Sequence record: OP172785
From: Escherichia phage ECO07P2
Strand: one strand, 5' to 3'
Length of the DNA: 64,000 nt
Shown: positions 48,881 to 59,812 of the stretch, piece after piece
Numbering within the stretch: the stretch's first letter is position 1
Layout of the letters: each line of letters opens with the position of its first letter
The notes under the pieces: generated by a model
Told to the model about the DNA's origin: nothing
The model's database searches: none
What the model saw: the letters and a program-made list of their open reading frames with translations, nothing else
Translations under genes and position numbers: made by a program

Positions 48881-49855
48881 TCACTTCCACTGCATTTCAC
48901 ATGCCAATTGAATGAAAAGATATGCTAAATGTAATTCAGTATTAGCCGCAATTCCATGATACTGGTTATTTTCACCAACAATTTCATACATACGAATAAT
49001 ACTTTGCGGAGTTACGCGTGTATAGATTTCTTCGACAAGTTTACCAACGAACCACGAATAATCAGCCGCATATTTTGGTGCTAAAGCTCTGAGTTGTTTA
49101 ACATCTTTATTTTTGAGAGACTCAAGAACATCATCAATAGCACCACGATCGTTAGTAACCAGTGATAAAATACCAGCATCCAAAACACCTTTAGATGAAT
49201 AACTATCGAGCTCACCAATAGTTTTACGAAAATCAGGAAAATTCTTTTTAACCAAAGCTGCTACAACTTTCATATCAGCTATAGCAATTCCTTCATGCTT
49301 ACAGATTTCAGTCAATCGACGAATCATCTGCTTCATCATTTCAATTTTATCTTCATCGGTCGGTTGACCGAACGTAATAACTCGGCAGCGTGACTGAAGC
49401 GGTTTAATAATACCATCAATATTGTTAGCAGTAATAATAATACTACAGTTTGAACTATAAGCTTCCATAAAGGAACGAAGATGTCGCTGAGACTCTGCTA
49501 ACCCTGAACGGTCAAATTCATCAATAACAATTACTTTTTGACGACCATCAAATGAAGCTGCACTAGCAAAATTAGTCAAAGGACCACGAACGAAATCAAT
49601 TTTACAATCTGACCCATTCACAAACATCATATCAGCATTTACATCATGACACAATGCTTTTGCTACAGTTGTTTTACCTGTTCCTGGAGAAGGAGAATGA
49701 AGAATAATATGTGGAATCTTACCTTTACTTGTAATAGATTTAAAGGTTTCTTTATCAAAGGCGGGAAGAATACATTCATCGATAGTAGATGGACGATATT
49801 TCTGTTCAAGAATGTGTTCTTTTTCATTTACAGTAATCATAATTTCCTCATTCAA
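48881..49855 (-). CDS. 44: clamp loader large subunit gp44 (AAA+)
   Basis: 324 aa, Walker [11 protein letters not shown]. Confidence 0.9.
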   Translation of the reverse strand: MNEEIMITVNEKEHILEQKYRPSTIDECILPAFDKETFKSITSKGKIPHIILHSPSPGTGKTTVAKALCHDVNADMMFVNGSDCKIDFVRGPLTNFASAASFDGRQKVIVIDEFDRSGLAESQRHLRSFMEAYSSNCSIIITANNIDGIIKPLQSRCRVITFGQPTDEDKIEMMKQMIRRLTEICKHEGIAIADMKVVAALVKKNFPDFRKTIGELDSYSSKGVLDAGILSLVTNDRGAIDDVLESLKNKDVKQLRALAPKYAADYSWFVGKLVEEIYTRVTPQSIIRMYEIVGENNQYHGIAANTELHLAYLFIQLACEMQWK

Positions 49856-49874
49856 GTTTTAGTGTAAATTATAA

Positions 49875-49888
49875 AGGGCCGAAGCCCT
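49875..49888 (-). terminator. hairpin between genes 45 and 44
   Basis: AGGGCC-GAAG-CCCT just 3' of the gp45 stop. Confidence 0.4.
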
Positions 49889-49891
49889 CTA

Positions 49892-50578
49892 TTAAAAATC
49901 GTGGGTAGAATCAGCTTCAAGAGCTACTACATAATTCGCATGTTCACCTTCAAATTTAGCAGCGCCTTGTTTACCTTTTGCCCAGAGAAGAAGTTTATAA
50001 TTTCCTGGTTGCATTTTCATATTTGCCATATTGATAATGAAATTAAATGTATTTTCACCATCATAATCACCAAGAGTCAAAGAATATTTAACACGGGTCA
50101 AAGCAGAATCTTCTACTTTGTTAAAACCGTTAATTACAATTTTACCTTCTTTTACTGTGATAGCAATTGTATCAATCTGCAGACCGCGAGATACACGCAA
50201 CAGCTGTTGAAGGTCTTCAGCTTTAATTTCAGTAACAACAGATGCTACCGGGAATGGAATTGGTTTATTAGGAGCAACTACTGTACTCGGATCGGCTGCT
50301 GGCCAAAAAATTGTTGAACGGGCATCAGCAATTTTAATATTTCCATCTTCTGACTGGGAAATTTCTGCATCGTCATTAACTAGAGACAGAATACCGAGAA
50401 AACCGTTCAAATCGTAAATCGCTACATCAAAATCAATAGTGTCAGAAATATTTGCTTCTGCATAAGTTGTACCATTAACCGCGCGAGTCATAATAAATTG
50501 ACCGGATTTAAGCATAATACCGGAGTTAATAGTAGCGAAATTTTTAAGCAGAGCAGTAGTATCTTTAGACAGTTTCAT
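49892..50578 (-). CDS. 45: sliding clamp gp45
   Basis: 228 aa (T4 gp45 228 aa). Confidence 0.9.
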   Translation of the reverse strand: MKLSKDTTALLKNFATINSGIMLKSGQFIMTRAVNGTTYAEANISDTIDFDVAIYDLNGFLGILSLVNDDAEISQSEDGNIKIADARSTIFWPAADPSTVVAPNKPIPFPVASVVTEIKAEDLQQLLRVSRGLQIDTIAITVKEGKIVINGFNKVEDSALTRVKYSLTLGDYDGENTFNFIINMANMKMQPGNYKLLLWAKGKQGAAKFEGEHANYVVALEADSTHDF

Positions 50579-50633
50579 GTAATTTCCTTCAATTCAAATG
50601 AGATTTAATTTTATAACTAATTTAATAAAGCAA

Positions 50634-51023
50634 TTAACGATTAAAATCAGCAGCAATTGTTTCCGCAACAATTTGAGCAGCAACAATTAGACGTTCATCT
50701 GCATTACCGCAATAATCATCTTCAAGGCGTTCACCGCATGAAGTCATAATAAATTTAGCACCAGCATTTAGAGATTCTGTCGTATGTTTGCGCATTAGTT
50801 CAATCCATTTATCACTCACTTCACGATCGATAGCTTCATAATACGCATGACGAGCAGGTGCAGATTTAATTTTATTCTGAATAACTTCCATTGCGTTATC
50901 AGAAAGAGACAAAACCCATGCTCGACGAATTTTATTTTGGTTTTGCGGATTTGATTCAGAACGCACATGTTTTGGCTGAATATCTTTTACATCAACAGTA
51001 TAATTCACAGTAATTTTAGTCAT
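50634..51023 (-). CDS. rpbA: RNA polymerase-binding protein RpbA
   Basis: 129 aa (T4 RpbA 129 aa) adjacent to gene 45. Confidence 0.75.
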   Translation of the reverse strand: MTKITVNYTVDVKDIQPKHVRSESNPQNQNKIRRAWVLSLSDNAMEVIQNKIKSAPARHAYYEAIDREVSDKWIELMRKHTTESLNAGAKFIMTSCGERLEDDYCGNADERLIVAAQIVAETIAADFNR

Positions 51024-51032
51024 AATACACCT

Positions 51033-51221
51033 TTAGTCATAATAATCAGTAACAGTCCAAGCTTCATTCCTGTTGGACATTATTTTCGTATATTCTGATT
51101 TAAATGCATTCTTAAGCATAGATTCAGTAACTATATGCTCTTCATTAGAAAAATTATTTCTCAGAATATATCGTTTTATTTCAGGAATAGTTAATAGATG
51201 CTGTCCAGTTGAATATTCCAT
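51033..51221 (-). CDS. hypothetical protein (62 aa)
   Basis: ORF. Confidence 0.45.
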   Translation of the reverse strand: MEYSTGQHLLTIPEIKRYILRNNFSNEEHIVTESMLKNAFKSEYTKIMSNRNEAWTVTDYYD

Positions 51222-51276
51222 GTTTTTCCTCCATAGAGATTATACTCTAATAAATTAAAGCATAATCTCTTATAAA

Positions 51277-52959
51277 TTAAACCATTACAGTAAACCGACC
51301 AACTTTCTTCATTTGGAGATGCTGACCATATGTTTGTGGGTCATGGTCTCTATGCGAAATAACAAAAACGTTAGTATTTTTTAAACTATCTAAAATAGTT
51401 GAAATAGCTTTTACACCTTCAACATCAGTTGCTGAATCAAAAACTTCATCGAGAATTAGTGTGTTTATTTTAACACCTGAAACTTTTTCAGCAATATCAC
51501 GCCAAGTAAATAAAAGAGCAATATCAATTCGTGCTTTTTCACCTTGACTAAATGAAGCATAACTAAAATCTTCACGACCACGGGATTTAATTGTTTCATT
51601 AAATTCTTCATCTAATGTAAACACATAATCCGCTTCCATTATTTTAAGATAATGGTTAATCTGCTTATTAAATAATGGAATGTACTTTTTAATAATAGCA
51701 CCTTTAATACCAGAATCTTTGAGCATATCAGTCAAAATTCCTCTGTGGTATTTTTCCATTACTAAATTAGTTTTTGTCTTAACAATTTTATCAAGTTCTT
51801 CTTGAAGCAGTGCTATTTCATCAGCATGGTCAATAAACTCAGATGATGCTTTTTCTATAGCTGCTTTAACTTTTTTAGCTTTATCTACAGTCGTGATTAG
51901 AGATTGCTTTTTATTGCGAATATCATTTGCCAACGTCTGCTGGGTTTTAATATTATCTCGGTATTCATCAACAAGAACTTTTAAATTATCACGATGTGTT
52001 GAAAGCTGTTCAAACGAATGCGTGCATTCAGAAACTTTATCTTTAATTTTAGAAACAACTTTATCACCGGAACTTAATTGTGACAAACAGGTTGGACATA
52101 ATCCACCTTCGTGATACATATTAATGACTTTATTATACGAGTCAATTTTTGATTTAATTAAAAATGCTTCTTGACCGATTTTATTAAATGCATCAGTCGG
52201 GTCTTCATCCAAAACAATATTAACTAATCTTTCATTAGCTTCTTCTATTTCCGATTTTAACGTTCTAGCTTCTTTTGCCAAATCATCATACATGTTCTGC
52301 AGACGAGTAAGGTTATCACCAGTTAATTTTTTCTGGCGTTCAACGTTATCATTATATATTTTAATTTGTTGGATAATACTATCTTTTTTAACATCAAGCA
52401 CTTGGTTTTGTGAATTTAATTCACGTATTAGTGCTTTATTAAGCTTATCCATTTCAGCTAATGTTCCTACCTCGAGCAGGTCTTCCACAAGCTTTCTTCG
52501 CGCAGGGGTCGACAAACCCATGAAAGGGGTATACCCTGCTGTACCAAGGACAACAATCTGCTTGAAACTGGCATATGACATTCCGATAAGCTGTTCAAAT
52601 TCTGCTTGGAAATCTTTACTGCTGGCAGATTCATTAAGACGTGTACCGTTAACGGTGATTTCGAAAACGTTTGGTTTTTGTCCTCTTTTGATATAGTACT
52701 TTTTCTCATCATATTCCATCCACAGTTCAACTAAAAGTTCTTTCTTATTTGTGCTGTTTATTAATTGACCTTTCTTTACATCACGAAATGGCTTGCCAAA
52801 AAGCCCAAATGTGATGGCTTCTAACATAGTAGACTTACCACCACCATTTCGCCCAGTAATAAGAGTTTTTTGAACCTTATCTAGTTGAATGTCAATAGGA
52901 TTTCCACCTACTGACATTATATTTTGATACCTAACTCGGTTTAGTTTAAAATTCTTCAC
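51277..52959 (-). CDS. 46: recombination endonuclease subunit gp46 (Rad50/SbcC-like)
   Basis: 560 aa (T4 gp46 560 aa), Walker A GRNGGGKST, coiled coils. Confidence 0.9.
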   Translation of the reverse strand: MKNFKLNRVRYQNIMSVGGNPIDIQLDKVQKTLITGRNGGGKSTMLEAITFGLFGKPFRDVKKGQLINSTNKKELLVELWMEYDEKKYYIKRGQKPNVFEITVNGTRLNESASSKDFQAEFEQLIGMSYASFKQIVVLGTAGYTPFMGLSTPARRKLVEDLLEVGTLAEMDKLNKALIRELNSQNQVLDVKKDSIIQQIKIYNDNVERQKKLTGDNLTRLQNMYDDLAKEARTLKSEIEEANERLVNIVLDEDPTDAFNKIGQEAFLIKSKIDSYNKVINMYHEGGLCPTCLSQLSSGDKVVSKIKDKVSECTHSFEQLSTHRDNLKVLVDEYRDNIKTQQTLANDIRNKKQSLITTVDKAKKVKAAIEKASSEFIDHADEIALLQEELDKIVKTKTNLVMEKYHRGILTDMLKDSGIKGAIIKKYIPLFNKQINHYLKIMEADYVFTLDEEFNETIKSRGREDFSYASFSQGEKARIDIALLFTWRDIAEKVSGVKINTLILDEVFDSATDVEGVKAISTILDSLKNTNVFVISHRDHDPQTYGQHLQMKKVGRFTVMV

Positions 52960-53219
52960 AAAAGATTCCTTTTAATGTATCTTTTAGACCATTCTATCAT
53001 ATCATCATAATCTAAAAAGTATTCATCAAATTCAGCCATGCAAACAACACCTTGTGCTGCTTTTGATGTGATATAAATTATTCCAACATATCTAGAATCT
53101 TCTTCGGTGTAATCAATATTTGCTATGAATTCATCGTTAATGTCAAATGTCGAAAACTTCACAATATGCATCCTTAATACAAGATACAGCCATATCTTGT
53201 AATGATTTAGGTGTGTCAT
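52956..53219 (-). CDS. hypothetical protein (87 aa)
   Basis: ORF between 46 and 47. Confidence 0.5.
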   Translation of the reverse strand: MTHLNHYKIWLYLVLRMHIVKFSTFDINDEFIANIDYTEEDSRYVGIIYITSKAAQGVVCMAEFDEYFLDYDDMIEWSKRYIKRNLL

Positions 53220-53406
53220 TATCTAAAATGTTGAAGTTAAAAGATACAGCCCAGTCAGTGCAGACCGTGACCTTTTTAATACAATTATCTTCAACCTCTA
53301 GTGGTTCAAACCAGTATTCAATAATTTCTTTATGGCCAATATCATCTTTTACTTCGCATTCAAAATGCTGACTCATCATAACATTTTTAAATTCATCAAA
53401 AGTCAT
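53143..53406 (-). CDS. hypothetical protein (87 aa)
   Basis: ORF between 46 and 47; start may be internal. Confidence 0.5.
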   Translation of the reverse strand: MTFDEFKNVMMSQHFECEVKDDIGHKEIIEYWFEPLEVEDNCIKKVTVCTDWAVSFNFNILDNDTPKSLQDMAVSCIKDAYCEVFDI

Positions 53407-54422
53407 TGTGTTGCCTCTACATATAACTGATTTGCATATTGAATAAGTGCTTCACGGTCAGAATCAGTGATGTCTGGAATTGCATTAATGTATTCTTCCA
53501 TCAACGTCTGAAGAGATTGAACTTCAACTTCTTCACTATCATCTGACTCGACAGAGTTATCAATCTTTGATACAACTCGTAATGAATGCACAACTTTTTC
53601 TAGTTCAGATTCGAACTTCGTTAGATTTTTGTCTACCTCAGTTACTATAACACGTACTGATAGATTTGTAAAATCTTTATAGTCAATTTTTCCCTTAAAT
53701 GGATATTGAATTCGACGATGCCAGGTAGTGTTGTTTGGAATAAATTCCATTCGTTCTGTTTCTGTATCAAACATCCAGAACCCACGAGGGTCATTCTCGT
53801 CACCTGCAGTTAGTGTCCATGGTGTCCCAATATATCTGACGTTAGCAGCCTCAGAGATAGTATGGAAGTGACCAGACCACACTTCTTTATAAGTCTTAAG
53901 GAAATCAGGTTCAAGACCGTGAGATTTCATTCCTTTATAAAAATAAAATCCATTCAGTTCCCAGTGACCAACACAAAAAGAAGCAGATGAAGTTTTGATA
54001 TGTTCAAGAATTTCACCAGTATTTTCTTCGCACATCCAAGGAATTAAATCAATCAAACATCCGTCAAAATCTACTGTAGTAGGCTTATCATATACTTTAA
54101 CATTAGGATATTTAGCCAAAAGCTCAGTAGAAGCATTTGGAGTTAAAGTATTTTTAAAGTGCATATCATGGTTTCCTACAACAGTATGCAGGGTAATACC
54201 AGCATCATCAAGCATTTGAACTATTTCACGAGCGAACTCCATAGTTTTATGCGTGATTGCTTTTCGCACATCAAAAATATCGCCGTATTGAATCCATGTA
54301 GTAATTCCATTTTTCTTAGAATATTCTATTGCTTGTTTAATTCCATCCAACTGAATGGATTGAATCCACTCATCATCGGCTTTAACACCTAAATGCCAAT
54401 CACCTAAATTTAAAATTTTCAT
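53403..54422 (-). CDS. 47: recombination nuclease subunit gp47 (Mre11/SbcD-like)
   Basis: 339 aa (T4 gp47 339 aa), phosphoesterase motifs LGDWHLG, GNHD. Confidence 0.9.
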   Translation of the reverse strand: MKILNLGDWHLGVKADDEWIQSIQLDGIKQAIEYSKKNGITTWIQYGDIFDVRKAITHKTMEFAREIVQMLDDAGITLHTVVGNHDMHFKNTLTPNASTELLAKYPNVKVYDKPTTVDFDGCLIDLIPWMCEENTGEILEHIKTSSASFCVGHWELNGFYFYKGMKSHGLEPDFLKTYKEVWSGHFHTISEAANVRYIGTPWTLTAGDENDPRGFWMFDTETERMEFIPNNTTWHRRIQYPFKGKIDYKDFTNLSVRVIVTEVDKNLTKFESELEKVVHSLRVVSKIDNSVESDDSEEVEVQSLQTLMEEYINAIPDITDSDREALIQYANQLYVEATQ

Positions 54423-54557
54423 ATATCAAGAACCGTCATTGAAATGCAAAATAAAATTATTGAAATAAATCCATCTGGAGTGCTAAAGAACCCAATCCAA
54501 CACGCTCTAGTGAATAGATAAAACGCTAGAAAAAGTATCACATATCCAAGAAATATC

Positions 54558-54582
54558 ATTATATCAAACTCCGTATAAAGCT
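54558..54582 (-). promoter_or_regulatory. candidate MotA-type middle promoter (same module as 23481..23505)
   Basis: Minus strand AGCTTTA, 12 nt, TATAAT; followed upstream by the GGGCCGAAGCCC hairpin. Confidence 0.4.
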
Positions 54583-54600
54583 AAAGGGCCGAAGCCCTTT
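54583..54600 (-). terminator. GC tetraloop hairpin at a-gt 3' end
   Basis: AAAGGGCC-GAAG-CCCTTT overlapping the a-gt stop. Confidence 0.45.
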
Positions 54601-55801
54601 ATTTTGTAATAATGTCAAACTGTTCTTTAAAGCAGAAGCTTGAATCTTGATGCTGATACAAAAATTCATAAGCTTTTTCGCGTTCACGGTCATAAAGAGC
54701 TCGGTCAGATGACAGTTCTTTAATACGCTCAAATGTTGATTCCATGTCATTTTCATCAAACCAAACGATACCGCTATCATGAGAAATTAACGGAGTATTA
54801 TCAACACGGAATTTTAAATTTTCACCAGTAGATTTCCAAAATACTGGAATTGTTCCGCATGCACCAAGCTCGAGATGAGTGTATTCTAAAGAACGTTGTA
54901 GATATTTTTTATCTAATTTACTCAGCTGATAACCAAATCCGGATTTACTCATACGTTCAAGCATTTCGCTATTTACATAACGGTCGAGAATTTGCGTTGG
55001 CAAATTAGGAGCAATTTTAATTTGGTCTACCTGATGAAGACGATAATACTCGTATGGAATTCCTTTTTCTTTAATAGGAATGAATGCTGGAGAACGTTCC
55101 AGACCTTCCATAATAGTACTTAGTCCTGCAGGTTTAAGATGTTTTTCATGAAAATCAAACATCTGATAAAAGCCTTTCCATGTAGTAGTACGACCAATCC
55201 AACGGTTGATATTCATGTTAATTTCAGAAACATCTTTCCAGTAGGTTGATCGAACCTTCGCAATATCCATAGGAGGCTGAAAGTTGTATACGGTCGGTGC
55301 TTCTTCAATATCATCAAACAGAGAAACTGTTTCTGGATACCATTCTTTCATCAGAACTTTATTAAAGTCACCATTATCAGAATGGCTAAAAATAACATCA
55401 GCTCGACGAACAGTTTCTTCTAATCCCAAATTTCGGCGTAAAGAAAGAGAAGAATGGTCATGCTGGTAAACTACAACACGAACCGAAGGTTTAATGTTAT
55501 CAATAATTTTTTTATAGTTATTAATGGTGTCTTCTTCTACTGAAGTAGCAGGAACTGAATTGATAATTAGAATATCACAATCATTTACCAGCTTAAGGGT
55601 TTTATCGTATTCTTTTGCCAATAAAACCGGAATTGAAAATGATTTATAATCATGCGCGCAATTACGAGTAAATGATTTATCTTTAGCATAAACCAAAGTT
55701 ACTTCATGACCATTTTTAATAAACCAATCACGTTGCTCAAGAGAAAATTTAGTTACGCCACAACCTTCAAGACCTCGAGCCATAAAAATGCATACTTTCA
55801 T
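54599..55801 (-). CDS. a-gt: alpha-glucosyltransferase (hmC DNA alpha-glucosylation)
   Basis: 400 aa (T4 alpha-gt 400 aa), N-terminus MKVCIFMARGLEGCGVTKFSLEQRDWF resembles remembered T4 alpha-gt. Confidence 0.85.
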   Translation of the reverse strand: MKVCIFMARGLEGCGVTKFSLEQRDWFIKNGHEVTLVYAKDKSFTRNCAHDYKSFSIPVLLAKEYDKTLKLVNDCDILIINSVPATSVEEDTINNYKKIIDNIKPSVRVVVYQHDHSSLSLRRNLGLEETVRRADVIFSHSDNGDFNKVLMKEWYPETVSLFDDIEEAPTVYNFQPPMDIAKVRSTYWKDVSEINMNINRWIGRTTTWKGFYQMFDFHEKHLKPAGLSTIMEGLERSPAFIPIKEKGIPYEYYRLHQVDQIKIAPNLPTQILDRYVNSEMLERMSKSGFGYQLSKLDKKYLQRSLEYTHLELGACGTIPVFWKSTGENLKFRVDNTPLISHDSGIVWFDENDMESTFERIKELSSDRALYDREREKAYEFLYQHQDSSFCFKEQFDIITK

Positions 55802-55851
55802 TTAATATCCTCATTGTTTTGGTTTATTTTACCAAAAATTTATAAAGCAAT

Positions 55852-55871
55852 ATAGGAGCCGAAGCTCCTAT
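55852..55871 (-). terminator. hairpin
   Basis: ATAGGAGCC-GAAG-CTCCTAT. Confidence 0.4.
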
Positions 55872-56040
55872 CCGCATAATACACCATACAGAGGCTCATT
55901 AGAGCTTCTAAATTTTATACGTTTATATGTTATAGTTCCTTCTGCTTTAGCTTTATCATGAGACTCTTTAAAGCGCCTCATCATTTCTACTTTAGAGGAA
56001 CGAATTTTATTATAATCTATTTCAGAAGTCTGGGTGTTCA
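55871..56040 (-). CDS. hypothetical small protein (57 aa)
   Basis: Hand-translated MNTQTSEIDYNKIRSSKVEMMRRFKESHDKAKAEG...; ends at the hairpin. Confidence 0.35.
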
Positions 56041-56216
56041 TCTTTCACAGTTGCCACCATTTTTTGACTTGATAAGAATCAACCAACACTTTCATATTAG
56101 GGTCTGCTCTTACAATAGGAGGATTAACTTCTTTAATTGAACTATCATGGTATTCTTTTTCAGAAATTTTCACACAAAGATGACCGTTCAAAGATTCAGT
56201 AAATCCTGCATTAATT

Positions 56217-56534
56217 TTAAGACGCTTGAATTTTACGCGTGTAAGCATCAATCATATCCTCAATCTGCGATCTAGTAGTCTTCCAAAGAATACTAATAAG
56301 TTCATCGTTATATGGCTGTTTTAGAATATCCCGACTTTTCTTGATAGCATATTCGTATTGAGCAAAATTATTGTTTTCAGCTGCAATCTGAGCGTGTTTA
56401 TAAAGACGGTTCAGTTCGCGTTTGTTTTTAGACAATAACTTATTTGCTTTTCTTTCTGCTTCAAGACGGTTCTTTTCTTCAATAGAAGAAATAAGCTTTT
56501 CCACTTCATCATTAATTTCGGGTTTATCAGTCAT
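56217..56534 (-). CDS. hypothetical protein (105 aa)
   Basis: ORF, coiled-coil-like. Confidence 0.5.
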   Translation of the reverse strand: MTDKPEINDEVEKLISSIEEKNRLEAERKANKLLSKNKRELNRLYKHAQIAAENNNFAQYEYAIKKSRDILKQPYNDELISILWKTTRSQIEDMIDAYTRKIQAS

Positions 56535-56535
56535 A

Positions 56536-56754
56536 TTATTTCTCTAATATAAAATAAAAATCATCATCTGTTAAATGATACCGATAGTTTAATTCTACAC
56601 CATTAGATTTAAAAGCGGTATCATACGGATTTTCTGGATCAATATCAATGTCAAGAGCTAAAACTTCCCTGAGATACATTTTAAGTAAATAGGGAATAGC
56701 TTCAACTTCAGGTATTTCTTCCAAGAATCCGGAGAGGTTAATCGTTAGCCTCAT
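56536..56754 (-). CDS. hypothetical protein (72 aa)
   Basis: ORF downstream of gene 55. Confidence 0.5.
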
Positions 56755-57301
56755 ATAAAAAATCCAAACTAGGAGAATCGTCTACAACACTTTTCTTTTC
56801 AGCCCCCGGTGTTCTATAGGTTGATTCTTCGTAATGCGTCATTTTATCGTAGATGTCTTGAATAAAAGTTTCATCTACTAACGCAACCATATCGTCGTCA
56901 CGACTGTCATAGACATTGTGAACGAAGTAACTATATTTCTTTGCAACTTCCTTACGTTCTTTTTTAATACGTTGGACGAATGCATTAAAACAAGCTTGAG
57001 TTATATATGCATGTGGGTTTTTATATTTCGTTTCGTCAAAATTATGAAGCCCCTTAATAGAAGCTTCTATACCATCTGCAATCATTTCTTGTTTCCAGGA
57101 TTGGGTGTATCCTGAAAAGTTGAAACGTTTAGATAAGCCTTCTGCAATAAGCATAATGGCTAATCCGATAGTATCATTCTGACGAACTACTTTATTTGGG
57201 TCTTTATTATTTGCTAATTCTGTTTTCCAATCAATAATAGCTTGTAAAAGCTCTTTATTGTTTACGTAATTATATTTAGGCTTAGTTTCTGACATTTTCA
57301 C
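56738..57301 (-). CDS. 55: late sigma factor gp55
   Basis: 187 aa (T4 gp55 185 aa), position between a-gt and nrd genes. Confidence 0.85.
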
Positions 57302-57373
57302 CTCTTAGCTCAATTCATAGATCTATTATATCATAATATTTGAAGATCTATCTTAAAGCATAGAGGATATCAG

Positions 57374-57643
57374 TTATCTAAGTAAGCAGTATGCTTGGAA
57401 TACTTTCTCCATCATCTTTTTAAATTCATGAATATCTATGTAATGACTAGTTAAATCAGCATGATATAAAAAGTCTAAAAACTTTTCATGTGTGCTAACA
57501 TATTCGCTTTCATTTAATTCAGAAACATGGCTTTCCCAATATCCAACACCAGTCTTATTTGGGAAAAATGAAATTTTCATGTATTGGTCAACATAGAAAA
57601 TTCCATAATTTTCAATAGTAATAGAAATATTAATAAATTTCAT
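57374..57643 (-). CDS. hypothetical protein (89 aa)
   Basis: ORF. Confidence 0.45.
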   Translation of the reverse strand: MKFINISITIENYGIFYVDQYMKISFFPNKTGVGYWESHVSELNESEYVSTHEKFLDFLYHADLTSHYIDIHEFKKMMEKVFQAYCLLR

Positions 57644-57855
57644 GCATTCATCAACTTAGCCGCTTCAAGAGCTGCATCTAGTGAATCAAACTGGTCAACA
57701 TATTCAATCAGTTTACCGTAATTGGCATATAACCACCATTGGCTAAATTCATACTCAAGGATGAATCCGTTTCCTTCAATTTGAGTTAAACCAATGCCGT
57801 TTGTATTTACTTCATATCCGGCAAGACGTAAATCGTTAATAAGAGCTTCGTTCAT
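57640..57855 (-). CDS. hypothetical protein (71 aa)
   Basis: ORF, ATGA overlap. Confidence 0.45.
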   Translation of the reverse strand: MNEALINDLRLAGYEVNTNGIGLTQIEGNGFILEYEFSQWWLYANYGKLIEYVDQFDSLDAALEAAKLMNA

Positions 57856-57857
57856 AA

Positions 57858-58184
57858 TTATGCCTTAGTAATTTTCAGGTCAGCAAATTTTTTCTTGCGT
57901 TGATTTTTCATACGACGAATAGTTTTATCAGAAATTTCATGCTTTTGATAAGCTTTAGATTCTACACCAAAAGCTTTAACATCAAATTCTGACAGGATAT
58001 ATTGAACCAACAATTCACGGATAGTATTTCGTCCAATTTTTTGATCATTCTGTTTCATCGTCTGATGAAGCTCTTTTTCCCATTTATCCAAAATTTGAGG
58101 AGTAACAATATCGCCTTTTTCTAGCAGAGAAACTACTTTATCATATGCATAAGAATTGATGGCGTTTTTAATTTGAATAGTCAT
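57858..58184 (-). CDS. hypothetical protein (108 aa)
   Basis: ORF. Confidence 0.5.
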   Translation of the reverse strand: MTIQIKNAINSYAYDKVVSLLEKGDIVTPQILDKWEKELHQTMKQNDQKIGRNTIRELLVQYILSEFDVKAFGVESKAYQKHEISDKTIRRMKNQRKKKFADLKITKA

Positions 58185-58222
58185 ACATTATCCTCAATTA
58201 CATTAAAATTTTATTATCCAAA

Positions 58223-58238
58223 AAGGGCCGAAGCCCTT
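58223..58238 (-). terminator. GC tetraloop hairpin
   Basis: AAGGGCC-GAAG-CCCTT. Confidence 0.4.
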
Positions 58239-58437
58239 AGCTAAACTTTTTGGCACCCTTCCAGCCTTCGTACATCATTGCAGCTGATATTAATATTGCT
58301 CCTGCGCATTTTGAATATTTGTGATTCCAAAACCAGTTCAGAAAAACTTCGTCATCAATACCTTGGGCTATCATATTTTCAAAGAACTGACGACGAGCTT
58401 CGGCAATTCGTTGTGATAATTTAGATTCAGGATTCAT
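58237..58437 (-). CDS. hypothetical protein (66 aa)
   Basis: ORF. Confidence 0.45.
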   Translation of the reverse strand: MNPESKLSQRIAEARRQFFENMIAQGIDDEVFLNWFWNHKYSKCAGAILISAAMMYEGWKGAKKFS

Positions 58438-58576
58438 TTAAATTTTCCAGTTACCGTTTTCATCAATGAATTTAATCCAGTCATTTACTGACCACTTGGT
58501 CGTATCGCCTTTTGGAGCAATATTTAAAGTGTATAATCCTTGTTTAAAAAGCATGCGTTTAATATTCATATTTTCC

Positions 58577-58915
58577 TCAGCTGTAACGATAGCACTCGTT
58601 TGATTTACGCTTAGCAACTCGTTGAGAAGTATTATAATCAAAATCGTCATCAATGTAAACTGATTTTTTCAACTTTCTTACTTCACTACGTAATTGACGA
58701 TTTAACTCATCTTTAACTTCTGAATCAATGCCTTTCATTCTACGCCATTTATCAGAGCGAAAAATGTTTTCAACCATATCTTTATGACTTACGCCATCAG
58801 GAGCTTTACGCTTTCCGAAATAGTCATAATCACGTACTTTTAAATCTTTACGACGATACGTTTTACCCATGGAGTTTAATTTCCTTAGCAACTGAACTAA
58901 ATACAGCACGATCAC
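58577..58915 (-). CDS. hypothetical basic protein (start uncertain)
   Basis: Lys/Arg-rich ORF. Confidence 0.45.
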   Translation of the reverse strand: MIVLYLVQLLRKLNSMGKTYRRKDLKVRDYDYFGKRKAPDGVSHKDMVENIFRSDKWRRMKGIDSEVKDELNRQLRSEVRKLKKSVYIDDDFDYNTSQRVAKRKSNECYRYS

Positions 58916-59045
58916 AAATCATCTGTTTATGTAACTTGAGTATAAGATAATAAACTTCAAAACCGTTTACATAAGTAACACGAACAACATTACCATTAAT
59001 AAAATAATATTGCCCCTTTTTAATTTCTTTATCAACCACAACCAT
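58863..59045 (-). CDS. hypothetical protein (60 aa)
   Basis: ORF. Confidence 0.4.
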   Translation of the reverse strand: MVVVDKEIKKGQYYFINGNVVRVTYVNGFEVYYLILKLHKQMICDRAVFSSVAKEIKLHG

Positions 59046-59186
59046 ATCAAATCCTCAAAGGCAATTCATATGTTAATAATACCACAGTTTGAACTTCTTG
59101 TAAACAACTTTGTGAAAATTATTTTAGGGAACGATAAGAAGGGAACGATAGCTTAGAATGGTAATATACAGAATGTGAGAAAGAAA

Positions 59187-59199
59187 GGCCCAGAGGGCC
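59187..59199 (-). terminator. hairpin
   Basis: GGCCC-AGA-GGGCC just 3' of the redoxin ORF. Confidence 0.4.
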
Positions 59200-59203
59200 C
59201 GTC

Positions 59204-59527
59204 TTAGTCTTCTATGATATCTCTATCATATCCAAGTGAAATGAGAGTTTCTTTGAAGTGTTTAATGTTCTTTTGTCTAGAATCATTAATGAAAATGACT
59301 GGATAACGAATGTTAAGAGATGTGAATCCAGCGCGTTTAGCAAGAGATACAATCAATGGACGATCATACTCGATCTTACCATTATTTGTAAGAACTTTAT
59401 AGAAAGTAAAAGGAGCATTGAGCTCCTTTAGAAGTTTTGTAACTGATTGACATCCAGGACAACGACCTACTTCATCTGGAATTCCATAGACTTCAATCTT
59501 ATTCTTTAAGTTCGAGTTTTGTTCCAC
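59204..59527 (-). CDS. glutaredoxin/thioredoxin-fold redoxin (NrdH-like), start uncertain (possibly GTG)
   Basis: CPGC active-site motif in KIEVYGIPDEVGRCPGCQS; adjacent to nrdG/nrdD. Confidence 0.5.
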   Translation of the reverse strand: MEQNSNLKNKIEVYGIPDEVGRCPGCQSVTKLLKELNAPFTFYKVLTNNGKIEYDRPLIVSLAKRAGFTSLNIRYPVIFINDSRQKNIKHFKETLISLGYDRDIIED

Positions 59528-59810
59528 GAGAAATAATTCCTTGATAAGCCCAATATGGCGGGTTAACAGAATCCTCACCAGAGTTTTCTTCAGGAAAATA
59601 AACCTGGATAACAAATCCAGATGCATCAAAGGTAAAATAAACCGTAGGCAGTTCACCTAACAATTCGGCACGAGCATTAATTTCTTCGAGATCTCGTTCA
59701 CGTCCAGCCCAAAAACTAGGATTTAGATTACATTCGTAAAAATAATAGTCATTACCGAACATATCAAACCCCTTCCAACTCTCTACCACATACCGCTCAA
59801 AACTAATCAT
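59499..59810 (-). CDS. hypothetical protein (103 aa)
   Basis: ORF. Confidence 0.5.
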   Translation of the reverse strand: MISFERYVVESWKGFDMFGNDYYFYECNLNPSFWAGRERDLEEINARAELLGELPTVYFTFDASGFVIQVYFPEENSGEDSVNPPYWAYQGIISRGTKLELKE

Positions 59811-59812
59811 AA

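Noticed and set aside
54559-54780. 73 aa minus ORF
   Set aside because: Overlaps the 3' end of a-gt in another frame; a shorter hand-read 47 aa hydrophobic ORF ending at the gene 47 start is more plausible but unverified
57320-57372. Possible MotA box upstream of gene 55
   Set aside because: TGCTTTA is present on the minus strand but no -10 element at the correct 11-13 nt spacing
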